A stretch of DNA of 64,000 bases from Paraspadella gotoi. Lineage: Eukaryota; Animalia; Chaetognatha. The notes under the pieces are model-generated. The model saw nothing but the letters and a program-made list of their open reading frames with translations, made no database searches and had not been told where the DNA came from. Below, in pieces: positions 54,197 through 63,843 of this stretch. The stretch spans positions 239,409-303,408 of the forward strand of contig CM119267.1 of the NCBI GenBank assembly GCA_051294375.1, given 5' to 3'. How positions within the stretch are numbered: the first letter of the stretch is position 1; every line of letters begins with the position of its first letter. A program made the position numbers and the translations under genes.

Positions 54197-54886
54197 GTAA
54201 GACAATAATGACTAAAAAAAAAAAGTGTAAAAAAATAACACTTTTATTTACTTTTTTTAGAAAAAATAAAAAGAAAATATAAAAAACTTAATCATCAAAA
54301 TGAAAAAATCGCAAATCCAGCACGTCACTTTGTTTTTTCTCTTAAAATACTAATATTTATTATGATTGATGCCTTGGAATATTTCTTGTAAATACAGTTC
54401 AAAATTTATAATCGATAAATATACTTACTATTCTTTTATAAATCTACTACCTAATTTGACAATGATTGATGAGGAAGAGATAAACCTCAAGAACGTATAG
54501 CTATTTAGCTTAATGACTTAATTATTTCAAAGAATTTCTCTTTAGCACATCTGCTTTGATTACTCGGTGAAAAAAAGCCCAAAAAAAAATGAGAAAAGAG
54601 AGAGAGAGAAGAAAACTAGTGAAATCACAATTACACTTAAGAAATAGGAAATTAATTAAGAAGTGACAAATTTACCCACATTCTTTTATATATTCTTTTA
54701 TTCTTTTATCTGATATATTTTATTCTTGGGTAATTTGTTAAAAAAAAAATAAAAACTGGGGTGGGAAAAAAACACTTAATCATTTATGGAAAAGATAAGG
54801 GTTTTTTTTTAAACCTTAGCCATTGTTACACAAACACAAAAACGATAATATTTCCCTCATCTGAGTTTTAAATTCAAAATGGAAAC

Positions 54887-55265
54887 TGTCAGTAATATTT
54901 TAATTAGCCTCCATTTAGTAATTAACTTTTTAATTTCAAATTTTGTCTCTCTAAATATTCTTAGTCTCAAAGTTTAATATCCTGTAGATTCTCAGAGCTC
55001 GGCTCCTATTTTGTAAACATTTAGTGAATTAGATAAACAAAGGAAGAGAGACGGGAAGGAGGCAGAGAATTAAGTGCATTCCATTTTTGTTCCAAGGGAT
55101 TAAGACGTAACATTTATCATGGTTTAATTACAATTTACAACTTGGGCAATCTACAATTATTTCAGGTAACTTCAAATACTAATTAGACAGATTATGCATA
55201 ATCCAGCTCTCTATCCGTCATCTTTTGAGGGCCACAGACCACGTTACCAACATGGTGGCCAGCGT
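54887..55265 (+). mobile_element. LTR-like repeat, copy 2, followed by a PBS-like sequence
   Basis: TG...CA at 54887-55252, then TGGTGGCCAGCG, similar to the tRNA-Leu PBS TGGTGGCAGCG of Gypsy elements. Confidence 0.65.
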
Positions 55266-55729
55266 TGTTCGCTTATCGGACAGCCTCGAAGTTATCTGTA
55301 CGTACGAATATTTGCTTTTGTCCGAGTTGATAAGAGGGAAATAAAATTATTTTTCTTTTCCCAATGATACGATATGCATTGTGAAGTGATGAAAATTTTT
55401 CTTAAAACGTTTAGTATATTTTTTTTGTTTTTTGTTTTAGCCTCTCTGACATTAGATGATATATTATTGTGGTTGTTGACATTTTCGGGATGTTTGGGGA
55501 TTTTTGCGATAACCAAAACATAAATCCAGAGCCGAATACATAGATCACGGATATTTTTTTTGACAGTTATTTTTCGGGTTTGGACGATTTCGATTTTTCT
55601 CTCCACAATCGATTCGGATTACTTCACGTTAAGACGATTGCGAATTTTTCTTCGAAAAGTTGGATTATTGCGTTTTTGCGCGTGTCTCGATCTTTGCAAA
55701 TTTTAACGACAAGTAAAAAAAGAAACGGA

Positions 55730-57032
55730 ATGGATAACGACAAGTGGGTCGAGGAGATGGAATCGATGGACGAACGGGTTGGGAACCTGTCCGTCGGGGA
55801 CGATTCCTCTGCGTCAGATCGAGAGCGCCTGGGCACTGTTGGGGGCGCCGGAAGATCTGGTGTTCCCGCGGGTTACTTTTCGGATGGAGATGATGATGAT
55901 GACTGGAGATATGAAGTGGACGCTAACGGATATGGTTTTGGCTGTCACGCATTCGAGAGAGAGAGAGGTGCGAGGAATGTGGAGGTTTTCCTCCTGGATA
56001 GAGAGATGTTGGCGGTGACGCCGCCCGGCACGATTGACGGGTTCGGAATGGACCTACTGGTTGAGGGGCCGGGAACCGCGCTGGGACACCCGCGGTTTAT
56101 GCGTCTATTTCCGGCGGGGGAAGATGCATGGGCGGCGAAGATGCCGCTTAGGTTTTATAAATGGACTGCCACGCTCTCGATTTGTCCCAGAGTTTTGGGT
56201 GAGGAGCGAGTGGCAAGGCCTCCGAGTCCCGTTACGGACTCCGACTCGGAGGGAGAAATGCCGCCTCTGGAAAAGGTGGGTGACGACCGATCGGAGCCGG
56301 TGGTGGACCGGGATGTCGAAGTGATGCCACTCCTTCAGAGGGTGTGGTACGACCTCGTGAGGAGAATTAATATCCTACCGGCGGTTCCGGCTCAAATGGC
56401 GATTGATGGCCGGCTAATCAAAACCACGTCGACAATGGTTTACTTAAAAAAAAAAATTCGAATGGCCGTTTATGCTGGAGGGCGAGCTGCCCAGGTTCTT
56501 GGAAATGAGAAAAAGTGGGATCAAGACATGCGATTCTTTTTTTGAAGACAACTTGTATCCCGTGATGGATTTCATGGATAGGCATCCTCGTAAGATTTTT
56601 CAAATTCAGACGCGCCCGTTTTTTTGTAGAAAAAACGAGGTTGTGCTGATTCGGCGACGGGGAATGCCATGGCACTGGGACGACAGCGCCATAGATCGAT
56701 ATGATGGAACACATAGAAGCGCGGGCCGCCAGATGAGACGGCAGGTGCACCAACAGGACCCTCCGAGAGAAAAGGCCCGTCGTAGACAACCGTTGAGATC
56801 ACACAGGACGGTGGTGAATCTTGAATTATTGCTGGAGGAGTGGGACGGTATGCTCCGCTCCAGATTTGCTGGGGACTTGGTATCTTCGGCCTGGTTGCAT
56901 CCGCGGATGCTGTTGGTGCCATCTTTTACGGTGGTACAGGCTAAGGAGAACAGCAAGCATGGGCACTATCTAAGGCAGCTCCGATGGTGCAGGAGCAAGA
57001 TTCCGGGACACCTACGACAGATCTGGTTTTAA
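55730..57032 (+). CDS. Orphan ~430-aa protein split by one frameshift in an A11 run
   Basis: MDNDKWVEEM... to ...LRQIWF; removing one A at 56446-56456 joins ORFs 55580-56545 and 56472-57032 (YLKKKFEWPFMLEGE). Confidence 0.6.
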
Positions 57033-57373
57033 AATACGGAACGATTGACGAATAACGGTGAGATTCGATGTGATCTATGTATTTTATTGCTTCTAATGCT
57101 ATTAGTTTCGACGTTTTGGTTATTTGTCGATAATCTCGATTCCTGTTTTCTGCCTGAAATTTTTCTTATTTGCATGCTATAAACACGATTGAAACGAACA
57201 GTATATTTAGTAATATTAAATAAAGGCACGAGGTGTTACGTTATATTTTGTTGGCGATTCGAATAACATAAATTAGTTTATACTGCGATTTTTCCTTCCT
57301 TTGGGTGGGAGGGGTAGTATACCGAAAGAAATGAAAATTCAGCCGAATAAACGAATTTATACTATTTAACAGG

Positions 57374-58831
57374 AATACGGGCAAACAAGGCCGGAAACGA
57401 TAAATTGGACACGGTGTTGAGAAAATTTTTCGATAAACAAAAGAGCAACGAAAGTGAACTAAAAATTGTATTAAAATTGCAAGGACGAAATGTTACTTTA
57501 CGATATTTAAAAGCTTTCAAATCTAATTTGAAGACTATCGAAAATGATTGTGTTTTAAATCATTTAAAGGATTTCTCTTCAAACTCAGAAACTATTTTGA
57601 AATCATCAAAAGTCGAGTCTTTTAATTCTCCGCAAGTCCTAGTTACTCAATCTCCAACTAATTACTCAACAGAAAAAGATGTTTCCCCTTTCTCACTCTC
57701 TATGATAACAAAGCGATTGTCTCAACCGCAACTCCTTTCATCAATGCTATAATAAACAAAAATCATGCGCTTCCTTCGACCGTTTCATCTCCCACTCTCA
57801 CCTCTCGTTTCTCTCCGATGGTCGAAAGTATCGCAAGAGAATGCAACAGTCGAGAAAATATTCCCCACACATTTGTCACCAACGGCGGAAGTTACAACGG
57901 AAGTTAAGGCAACGTTCGCGAAACTCCCCCCTCCAGCTTTCTCTCCGACGATCAAAAATGTAACAAGTGACCCGATGAACAGTGCAACAATCACTGGACT
58001 GTCAATCAGTTTGCCACTATTTCTACTGTTCTCGGTAACCTTTGGATTGGTTTTCAAAAAGCTTCGTCAACAATCGGTATGTTTATTTATATAATCACTC
58101 TAAAATTAAATACAAAACATATAATAAAAATTCCGATTTTTTTTTTTCAGCTGAATGAAAGGGTCATGGTTTGGCGAAACAAGCGTTTCTACGACGGAAT
58201 AAGGAGACAAGAATTAAAACTGCGACGTATTCCATTCACCCTCGAAAATCCCAACTTCGTTAGGGTAGCCGCCACCTCACTACAAGATCATCTCGTTTTC
58301 TTCAACCGCTCAAAGTAATTTTTTTCCATTTCTCTCTCTCTCTCTCTCTTTATGTATTTTATTAATATTACTACTAATTATAACGATATTTACAGTCAAC
58401 ACACCTGACTCCGGCAGCGTTCAAGAAAATGACTATGAAGAAATCGAGAGTTTGGAGTGGGATGGTTTCATTGAACCGATCAGGTAAAAAAAATGAATGT
58501 GTAATAATACAAAGATGGTTTGATTAATATTTAAATATTCCACAATGCCAACAGCAACAATGACAACAGCAGTGACAATATATCAGCAGAAGGACAAGCT
58601 GTAACAGCAAAGGAAGAGGAAGAGTATCTCGAGCCCATCAGGTAAACAAAAATATTTTTTGTTTAATAAATCATCATTTAAAAACTAAAACCGTTCTTTT
58701 ATTTATTTACTAGCGTATTGCAACGACCAAGAAGCAATTCTGTTAAACTACCATTACCATCAAAAAATACAAAAATAAAAAAAAGACGTTTCTTAACTCT
58801 TCAGAGACTAAATCGAAGTGACAGCATCTGA
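57374..58831 (+). pseudogene. Spliced single-pass membrane protein with tyrosine-motif cytoplasmic tail
   Basis: S/T-rich ectodomain with NxT/S sites; TM ITGLSISLPLFLLFSVTFGLVF followed by KKLR. Exons 58151-58314, 58396-58482, ~58545-58641 and 58714-58831 give ENPNF, ENDYEEI and EEEEYLEP; the last joins are phase-consistent, one frameshift needed near 58265. Confidence 0.65.
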
Positions 58832-58844
58832 TTCGTTAAATGTC

Positions 58845-59395
58845 ACCATCAACCTAAAATGTTTCTTTCATAATAACAGTCTCAAACAAACATTCTTTGT
58901 TTTACCTTTCGTCTCCAAATTCTTCGAGTTCGAATCCATTTAGCTGTCCTGTATTAACTGTCGTTCGTTTTTCTGAAATACGATTAAACAAGTTCTAGGC
59001 GAATTATATAAAAGAAAACAAAAGGTCACAACTTACTAGTTTATGACAAAATTTCCATAATGCTATAAAACCAATAAGCACAATGAATAAAATGACCGCA
59101 ATGACTGTTCCAATTAAAATGTTATTAGTCGACGTTGCAAGAGGTGTTGAAGTAATTTCAGAATTAATTGTATAATTCCTTTGTAAATTAAAGTTCTTTA
59201 ATAAGCACGTATTGTGTTTGTTTACTTCGTTACAAACTTTGTAAGATTTGAAAATAGTAAAATTACATTTTTCTCTTGCGATTTTTATACATTTAAAAAA
59301 AATTCTTCCATTTTAAAGTTTTATATCAAAGTGAAAGTAATATCTGACAACTCCACAAGGAAATCTAATCAAAACTGTTTTAACTAGGTTCGTAC
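58845..59395 (-). pseudogene. Spliced single-pass membrane protein remnant
   Basis: Minus strand: ...CNFTIFKSYKVCNEVNKHNTCLLKNFNLQRNYTINSEITSTPLATSTNNILIGTVIAVILFIVLIGFIALWKFCHKL then gtaagt; short downstream exons. Confidence 0.55.
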
Positions 59396-59803
59396 TTGAG
59401 ATCGATCCGATGTTTTTTACTTTAAAACTTTTTTACTTTTTTCTTTTCTAACCTCTAAATAAGACTCAGTGAATTTAGCCTTGATGAACCTAAAACTTTT
59501 TAAAATTCGAAAAATTTTTTTTTTTTTTTTAACTCAGAGCTCAAACTCTCTTTAAGGCCAGGGATCACTCAACCTAAAATTATAGAAATCTTAATTTACT
59601 GTATCTTAATCATTTTCTCATATCTTGTAAGAGGTTTTCTATTGAAAAATAATTGAAAACTTTTAAAAATCTACATAAAATGTTCATAAATATTTAAACA
59701 AAATTTTTTTTTCGGTAAAACTAGATTTTCAGGAGAAAAATATTTTTTTATATGTAAGCNNNNNNNNNNAATTTAACTTTCTTGATAAAGTGAAGTTAAA
59801 AAC

Positions 59804-60085
59804 GAAGAGTTGCAGCTCAAACTGTTGGACTCTTCATGAAGAAAAAAATATATTGGGCAAGAAAGGAAAGGAGGGGGAGAATCTATGAGCGCATTTTTGA
59901 AAAATTGTTTTTCCTTTCAAAGATATCAAGGAATTAATCCCAAAAATTGATTAAAATAATCAAATTTTATATGAAGGAAGACAAATTTTGAAAGTATCTT
60001 TTCATAGAATTGGAGTTCGTGACCGAAAGGTAATTCATGCCAAATTTAATGAGAAACCGCCTTACCGTTTGGGCTGCAACTCTTC
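59804..60085. mobile_element. Small MITE-like unit with ~21-bp inverted ends
   Basis: gaagagttgcagctcaaactg versus ccgtttgggctgcaactcttc. Confidence 0.5.
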
Positions 60086-60331
60086 AAATAGGTTTCTTTT
60101 ATTTTATATAGTACAAAAAAAATCGAAAAAACGATGACGCCTTTGAAAAAATAGTTAAGTGAATACATTTTCGGAATCGTCAGGAGCTCTCCTTTCGAAA
60201 TCCGAGCTCGGTTTTAGCCTAATTATAATTTGAATTGAGTGATCCCGGACCTTAAAAATCGAAAGTTGTCTGTTTTGGCACTTTTCCTTACTACTAGCAA
60301 CGGCAGTGCCAACGAGAGCGCTTCGACTTAG

Positions 60332-61035
60332 TCAAAGAAGGCAGCGATGGACGAATTTCCAGAAGAAGGGGTTTTTACACAGAAGAGGTGGCAGGACCGG
60401 TGCTGCCACCACCGCCGCCGCCGCCACCTTTGGGACCGTCGTCCCCTCCACCACTCCATGCGCCGCCCCAGCGCGAGCCGCCGCCGTCTGGAGAGTGGCG
60501 AGGCGGTCGGCCGCGAGGCTCGCCGAAAAAGGAAGACGAGGCTGGGGAGGAGCCCGCCTCAAACGCCTCCAAACGCGACGAATAACCGCAGACTGGAACA
60601 GAATACATTTAAAATATCAAAACTAGAATTTTTAAAGAAATAATAAAGGAATAGTAACTCACGAAAAGAGCGGAAAGAAAGGCGCTTATGAAGAAAAGCG
60701 CCACGACGACGACCCACTCGAGAGGCGACCATCCAGCGTCCAGAGGGGCGAGAGATGAGGATGCCGATGGGGAAGGCGAAGGCGGCGAGGATGAGGATGA
60801 TGGCGTCGACACCGACGTGGATGAAGATGGGTCACTTGGCTGGATGGGATCCATCCCGAAAATCAAAAAAAAAAAATCAAAGTTAGATAATTAATATAAA
60901 TAGGAATATTTTGTCGTCACTTTTTCAACAATTCTTACCGTCGTAAACTTCCAAGGCGTGGCAGCTCCACAACGCCTGGGCGCGGCTTTGCCCGCAACGA
61001 AGCGCCGCTCTATAACAGGCGTCGTAGGTCGCCAT
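60332..61035 (-). pseudogene. Spliced single-pass membrane protein of the outer element
   Basis: Ser/Pro-rich stalk, then WVVVVALFFISAFLSALF|SAVIRRVWRRLRR across a gtgagt...ttccag intron (phase 0). Upstream exon MATYDACYRAALRCG. Confidence 0.55.
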
Positions 61036-61456
61036 GAACGAAAAAGAGAGAGTGAGAGACGAACGAAGAGAGAGAGACGAAAATAGAGAAAGAGAAACCT
61101 TAAAAAAATGTTTTTGCGAATTTTTTTTTATCGAACAAGCAACGCGAAGAAGAGATCTAAACGAACTGCACATTTTTCCGGGCAGGTGTCCCGAAGCTCG
61201 TTAAAAATATGACAGATATTATCATTATTTTTGTTTATCTATTCTAATTGGTCAGTTTTATCTTTTTTTCCCGTTATTGGTCGGATTCTCAGTCGCATCG
61301 CATGGGCAAGTTGTCACCAAGATTCCCGGTAATACCCGCGACTCTTTTCTCTCTCTCTCTCTCCCCTTTATCTCATCTTTTATATTTTACATGTCTCTCT
61401 CTCTCTCTCTCGCGAATTTTCAAGTCACCAAGATTCGCCGGTAATACCCGCGGCGA

Positions 61457-61496
<40 letters not shown>

Positions 61497-61927
61497 TTTT
61501 CTTTCTCTACGAGTTATTGATTACTTCAAATAGCAAATTAAATTATTAGTTTTTCAAACGATCTCAAAAGAATTAGAAGGTCTAAGAATAGTTGACAGTT
61601 TCAATCTTGAGAAAAGTATTTTAAGAATTTTAGTCACCTAAAAATTTTTCTTTTCTAGCAATCCATAGCTCCGAGTTAGAGTCTTTCGATTCTCAGCCTT
61701 CTTTTCAGAAAATTTCTAGCTCCGAGATTTGACTTTACTTTTCGGAGAACTTTCGAGTTCCGAGATTCGATCTTACTTTCCCGGGCGATCGAAACAAATT
61801 TACTCGGAGCTCCGAGTCTTTCGGTTTTCGATCTTTTTTTCAGAAAATTTTGAGTTTCGAGATTCGGTTCTTTTTTTTCGGAGCAGTTTCGATTTCCCAG
61901 ATTCTCTCTTACTTTTCTGGGCGATCG

Positions 61928-62087
61928 AAATTTCGAGAGTCCATTCTATTTTTTCGAACGATCGGGAAATCCCGATTCGGTTTTACTTTTCGGAGCAGTT
62001 TCGAGTTCCGAGATTCGCTCTTACTTTTCGGCGCGATCGAAATCACGCAGACCTATTTCAGTCGACTTCGAGACTTCCCTTACTACT
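61928..62087 (-). repeat. Right TIR of outer Polinton-like element
   Basis: Ends ...GACTTCCCTTACTACT, followed by TSD ACCGAC. Confidence 0.9.
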
Positions 62088-62774
62088 ACCGACAAAGTGA
62101 ATTATAGAGCCGGAATTTGCTGTAAGCAGATCCGGCTAAAAAAATGCTTCAATAAGTTTCAATATATTGATTGCTGCAGCTTATATAGTTTATCTTTAAA
62201 AAATCATAAACCGATAAGAATTTAAAAAAAATATTGCTATCAAGAATTAGTCAATTATCTGTTTATAAAGAGTTACCTAAATTTATAAAGCAAGCTTTTT
62301 AAAAAATATTAAAAAATAACCCTTTTTAAAAAGGAATATTGTAAAACATCCGCGCATGTATGAAGCTCGTTTTGAGCCCTACTACTAAGCTGGATCACGA
62401 ACTTCAAATTTTCTGGCAAGGTCTACTGAGTAATAGTAATCGTGAAAAGAAATAATAAAAATGCAAACATTTGAAAGCGGAGGGTAAAAAAAAACGGGGA
62501 AAAAATAATAAACAAACAAAACAAATAAAATAAGACAAGAAAAACATAAAATAAAATAAAACTTAAACATAAAATAAAACAAAAACAATGAGAGAAAAAA
62601 AATTACTGAAAATAAGTCAAAAACTAAAAAAGAAAAAAAGTTAAATCAAACAAAAATTAAACAATAACAATATATAATAATATAAATAATAAAAACAAAC
62701 CGACTAATAAACTAAAATGATTAAAATAATAAAGATAAAATAGAAATTTAAAAAACAATCCCAAGCCCGTTTCC

Positions 62775-63395
62775 TCATAATTTCGGATAAATCTTCGTCT
62801 CTCCCTTTCTCTCTCCCGCAACGCCATCTCTTTCTTCCCGCGACGTCAATTCTAACGCGTGACTCACGGCGCCGTGAGTCGGCGTCGGCGCCAACTCTAA
62901 CAACGCCTCCACCTCGGCGTCGGTGAATTGAGCGTGGCGTTGTCGGCCAGCGCTGTCGGTCGACGAGGTCGACGTCGGTAGAGACGTCGGTCTCGCCGGC
63001 GGTTGGCGAGACGACGCCGCCGCCAACGGCGACCTCGACCTCTCCGGACTCGGTGCTGTCAAACCGGCGCCTCGACCGCGCCCCAAAGTCGGCGTCGCTT
63101 CTGGAGCGTCGCAGAGAACGTAGCGTCCATCGGAGTCGACGTCGACCCTCAAGTCTCTCGTCTCTACGCCTCCTCCTCCTCCTCCTCCTCCTCCTACCGC
63201 CTCCTTTGCCAACTCCTTCCCCGTCTTCTTCACCATCTTCTTCGCAAAAGTCTTCTTGCTCAATCCGATGCCCATCGCAGCGTCGGCCGTGTCCACCAAA
63301 TTCCCGAAGGCGTCAGAGGCAACGCCAGCGACGACAGCCGCTTCAGAGCCGTACTTGTAGTCGACGATTTGGACCGTGGAGGATTTGACGCTGGA
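62775..63395 (-). CDS. SPART: Spartin (SPG20) homolog, last coding exon (end of senescence domain)
   Basis: ttcag acceptor, then SSVKSSTVQIVDYKYGSEAAVVAGVASDAFGNLVDTA..GIGLSKKTFAKKMVKKTGKEL, resembling spartin TVQTVRYKYGYNAGEAT..GIKAMVKKTATQTG. Confidence 0.8.
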   Translation of the reverse strand, partial: SSVKSSTVQIVDYKYGSEAAVVAGVASDAFGNLVDTADAAMGIGLSKKTFAKKMVKKTGKELAKEAVGGGGGGGGGVETRDLRVDVDSDGRYVLCDAPEATPTLGRGRGAGLTAPSPERSRSPLAAASSRQPPARPTSLPTSTSSTDSAGRQRHAQFTDAEVEALLELAPTPTHGAVSHALELTSREERDGVAGERKGETKIYPKL

Positions 63396-63689
63396 CTGAA
63401 GGGGAGGGAGGAGAGAGGGAGGGAGGGGGAGAGAGAAAGGGGGTGAGGGAGTTTGAGGGAGAGGGGGAGGGAGTGAGGGAGGAGAGGGAGGTACAAGAGG
63501 GGGAGGAGGGAAGGAGGAAAAAAGGGGAGGAGGTAGGGAGGAGAGGGGGAGGGAAGGAGAGGAAGAGAGAGAGGAAGAAGAAGAGAGAAGTTTATTAAAG
63601 ACTAATTTTTTTACTTTAAAATATAAAACGTCGCTGTGTAATGACGTAATATCACTACAAGGTGAAAATGACTCTCCCTCCATATGATA

Positions 63690-63800
63690 TCGCACTGGGC
63701 TTACGCTTGATATCTGAAACCAATGGTCACGGGTTCAAGCCCTGGTCTTGGTTAAACCACCGGTAGCAAGCTTACCTATCTCGCGTGGCAACCAATAACC
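63690..63800 (+). mobile_element. tRNA-derived SINE-like fragment in the spartin intron
   Basis: B-box-like ggtcacgggttcaagccc at ~63726-63742. Confidence 0.3.
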
Positions 63801-63843
63801 TACCTACTGACTAAAAATCCATTCCTTTCTCTTTCTTCTTCAC

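Larger units (their letters stand above)
48860..60295. mobile_element. Second Polinton-type element nested inside the first (11.4 kb)
   Basis: Left AGTAATAAGGAAAAGTGCCAAAACAGACAATTTTCGATTTT; right CTTAAAAATCGAAAGTTGTCTGTTTTGGCACTTTTCCTTACTACT. TIR ~45 bp; 6-bp flanks GGCAAC (48854-48859) and AGCAAC (60296-60301). Confidence 0.8.
21641..62087. mobile_element. Polinton/Maverick-like element (outer), decayed, with nested insertions
   Basis: Left end AGTAGTAAGGGAAGTCTCGAAGTCGACTGAAATAGG has its exact reverse complement at the right end. TIRs are ~160 bp; 6-bp TSD ACCGAC is perfect (21635-21640 and 62088-62093); an internal Polinton-type packaging ATPase remnant is present. Confidence 0.88.
20537..62425. 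mobile_element. hAT-like non-autonomous DNA element (~1.4 kb) interrupted by the Polinton-like insertion
   Basis: ~100-bp TIRs begin TAGACCTTGCCAGAAAATTTG (20537) and end CAAATTTTCTGGCAAGGTCTA (62425). The 8-bp flanks ATGAGTAA (20529-20536) and CTGAGTAA (62426-62433) match 7/8. Confidence 0.7.

Noticed and set aside
49570-55252. One intact LTR retrotransposon bounded by the two repeats
   Set aside because: No gag/pol, PBS or PPT inside; the PBS-like site lies outside; flanks do not form a clean TSD.
21641-62087. Single 40-kb giant virus genome
   Set aside because: About 17-19 kb is accounted for by nested insertions; the remainder is of ordinary Polinton size.
63396-63695. N-terminal part of the 306-aa ORF
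   Set aside because: It is the polypyrimidine-rich spartin intron (63396-63843) read through in frame.
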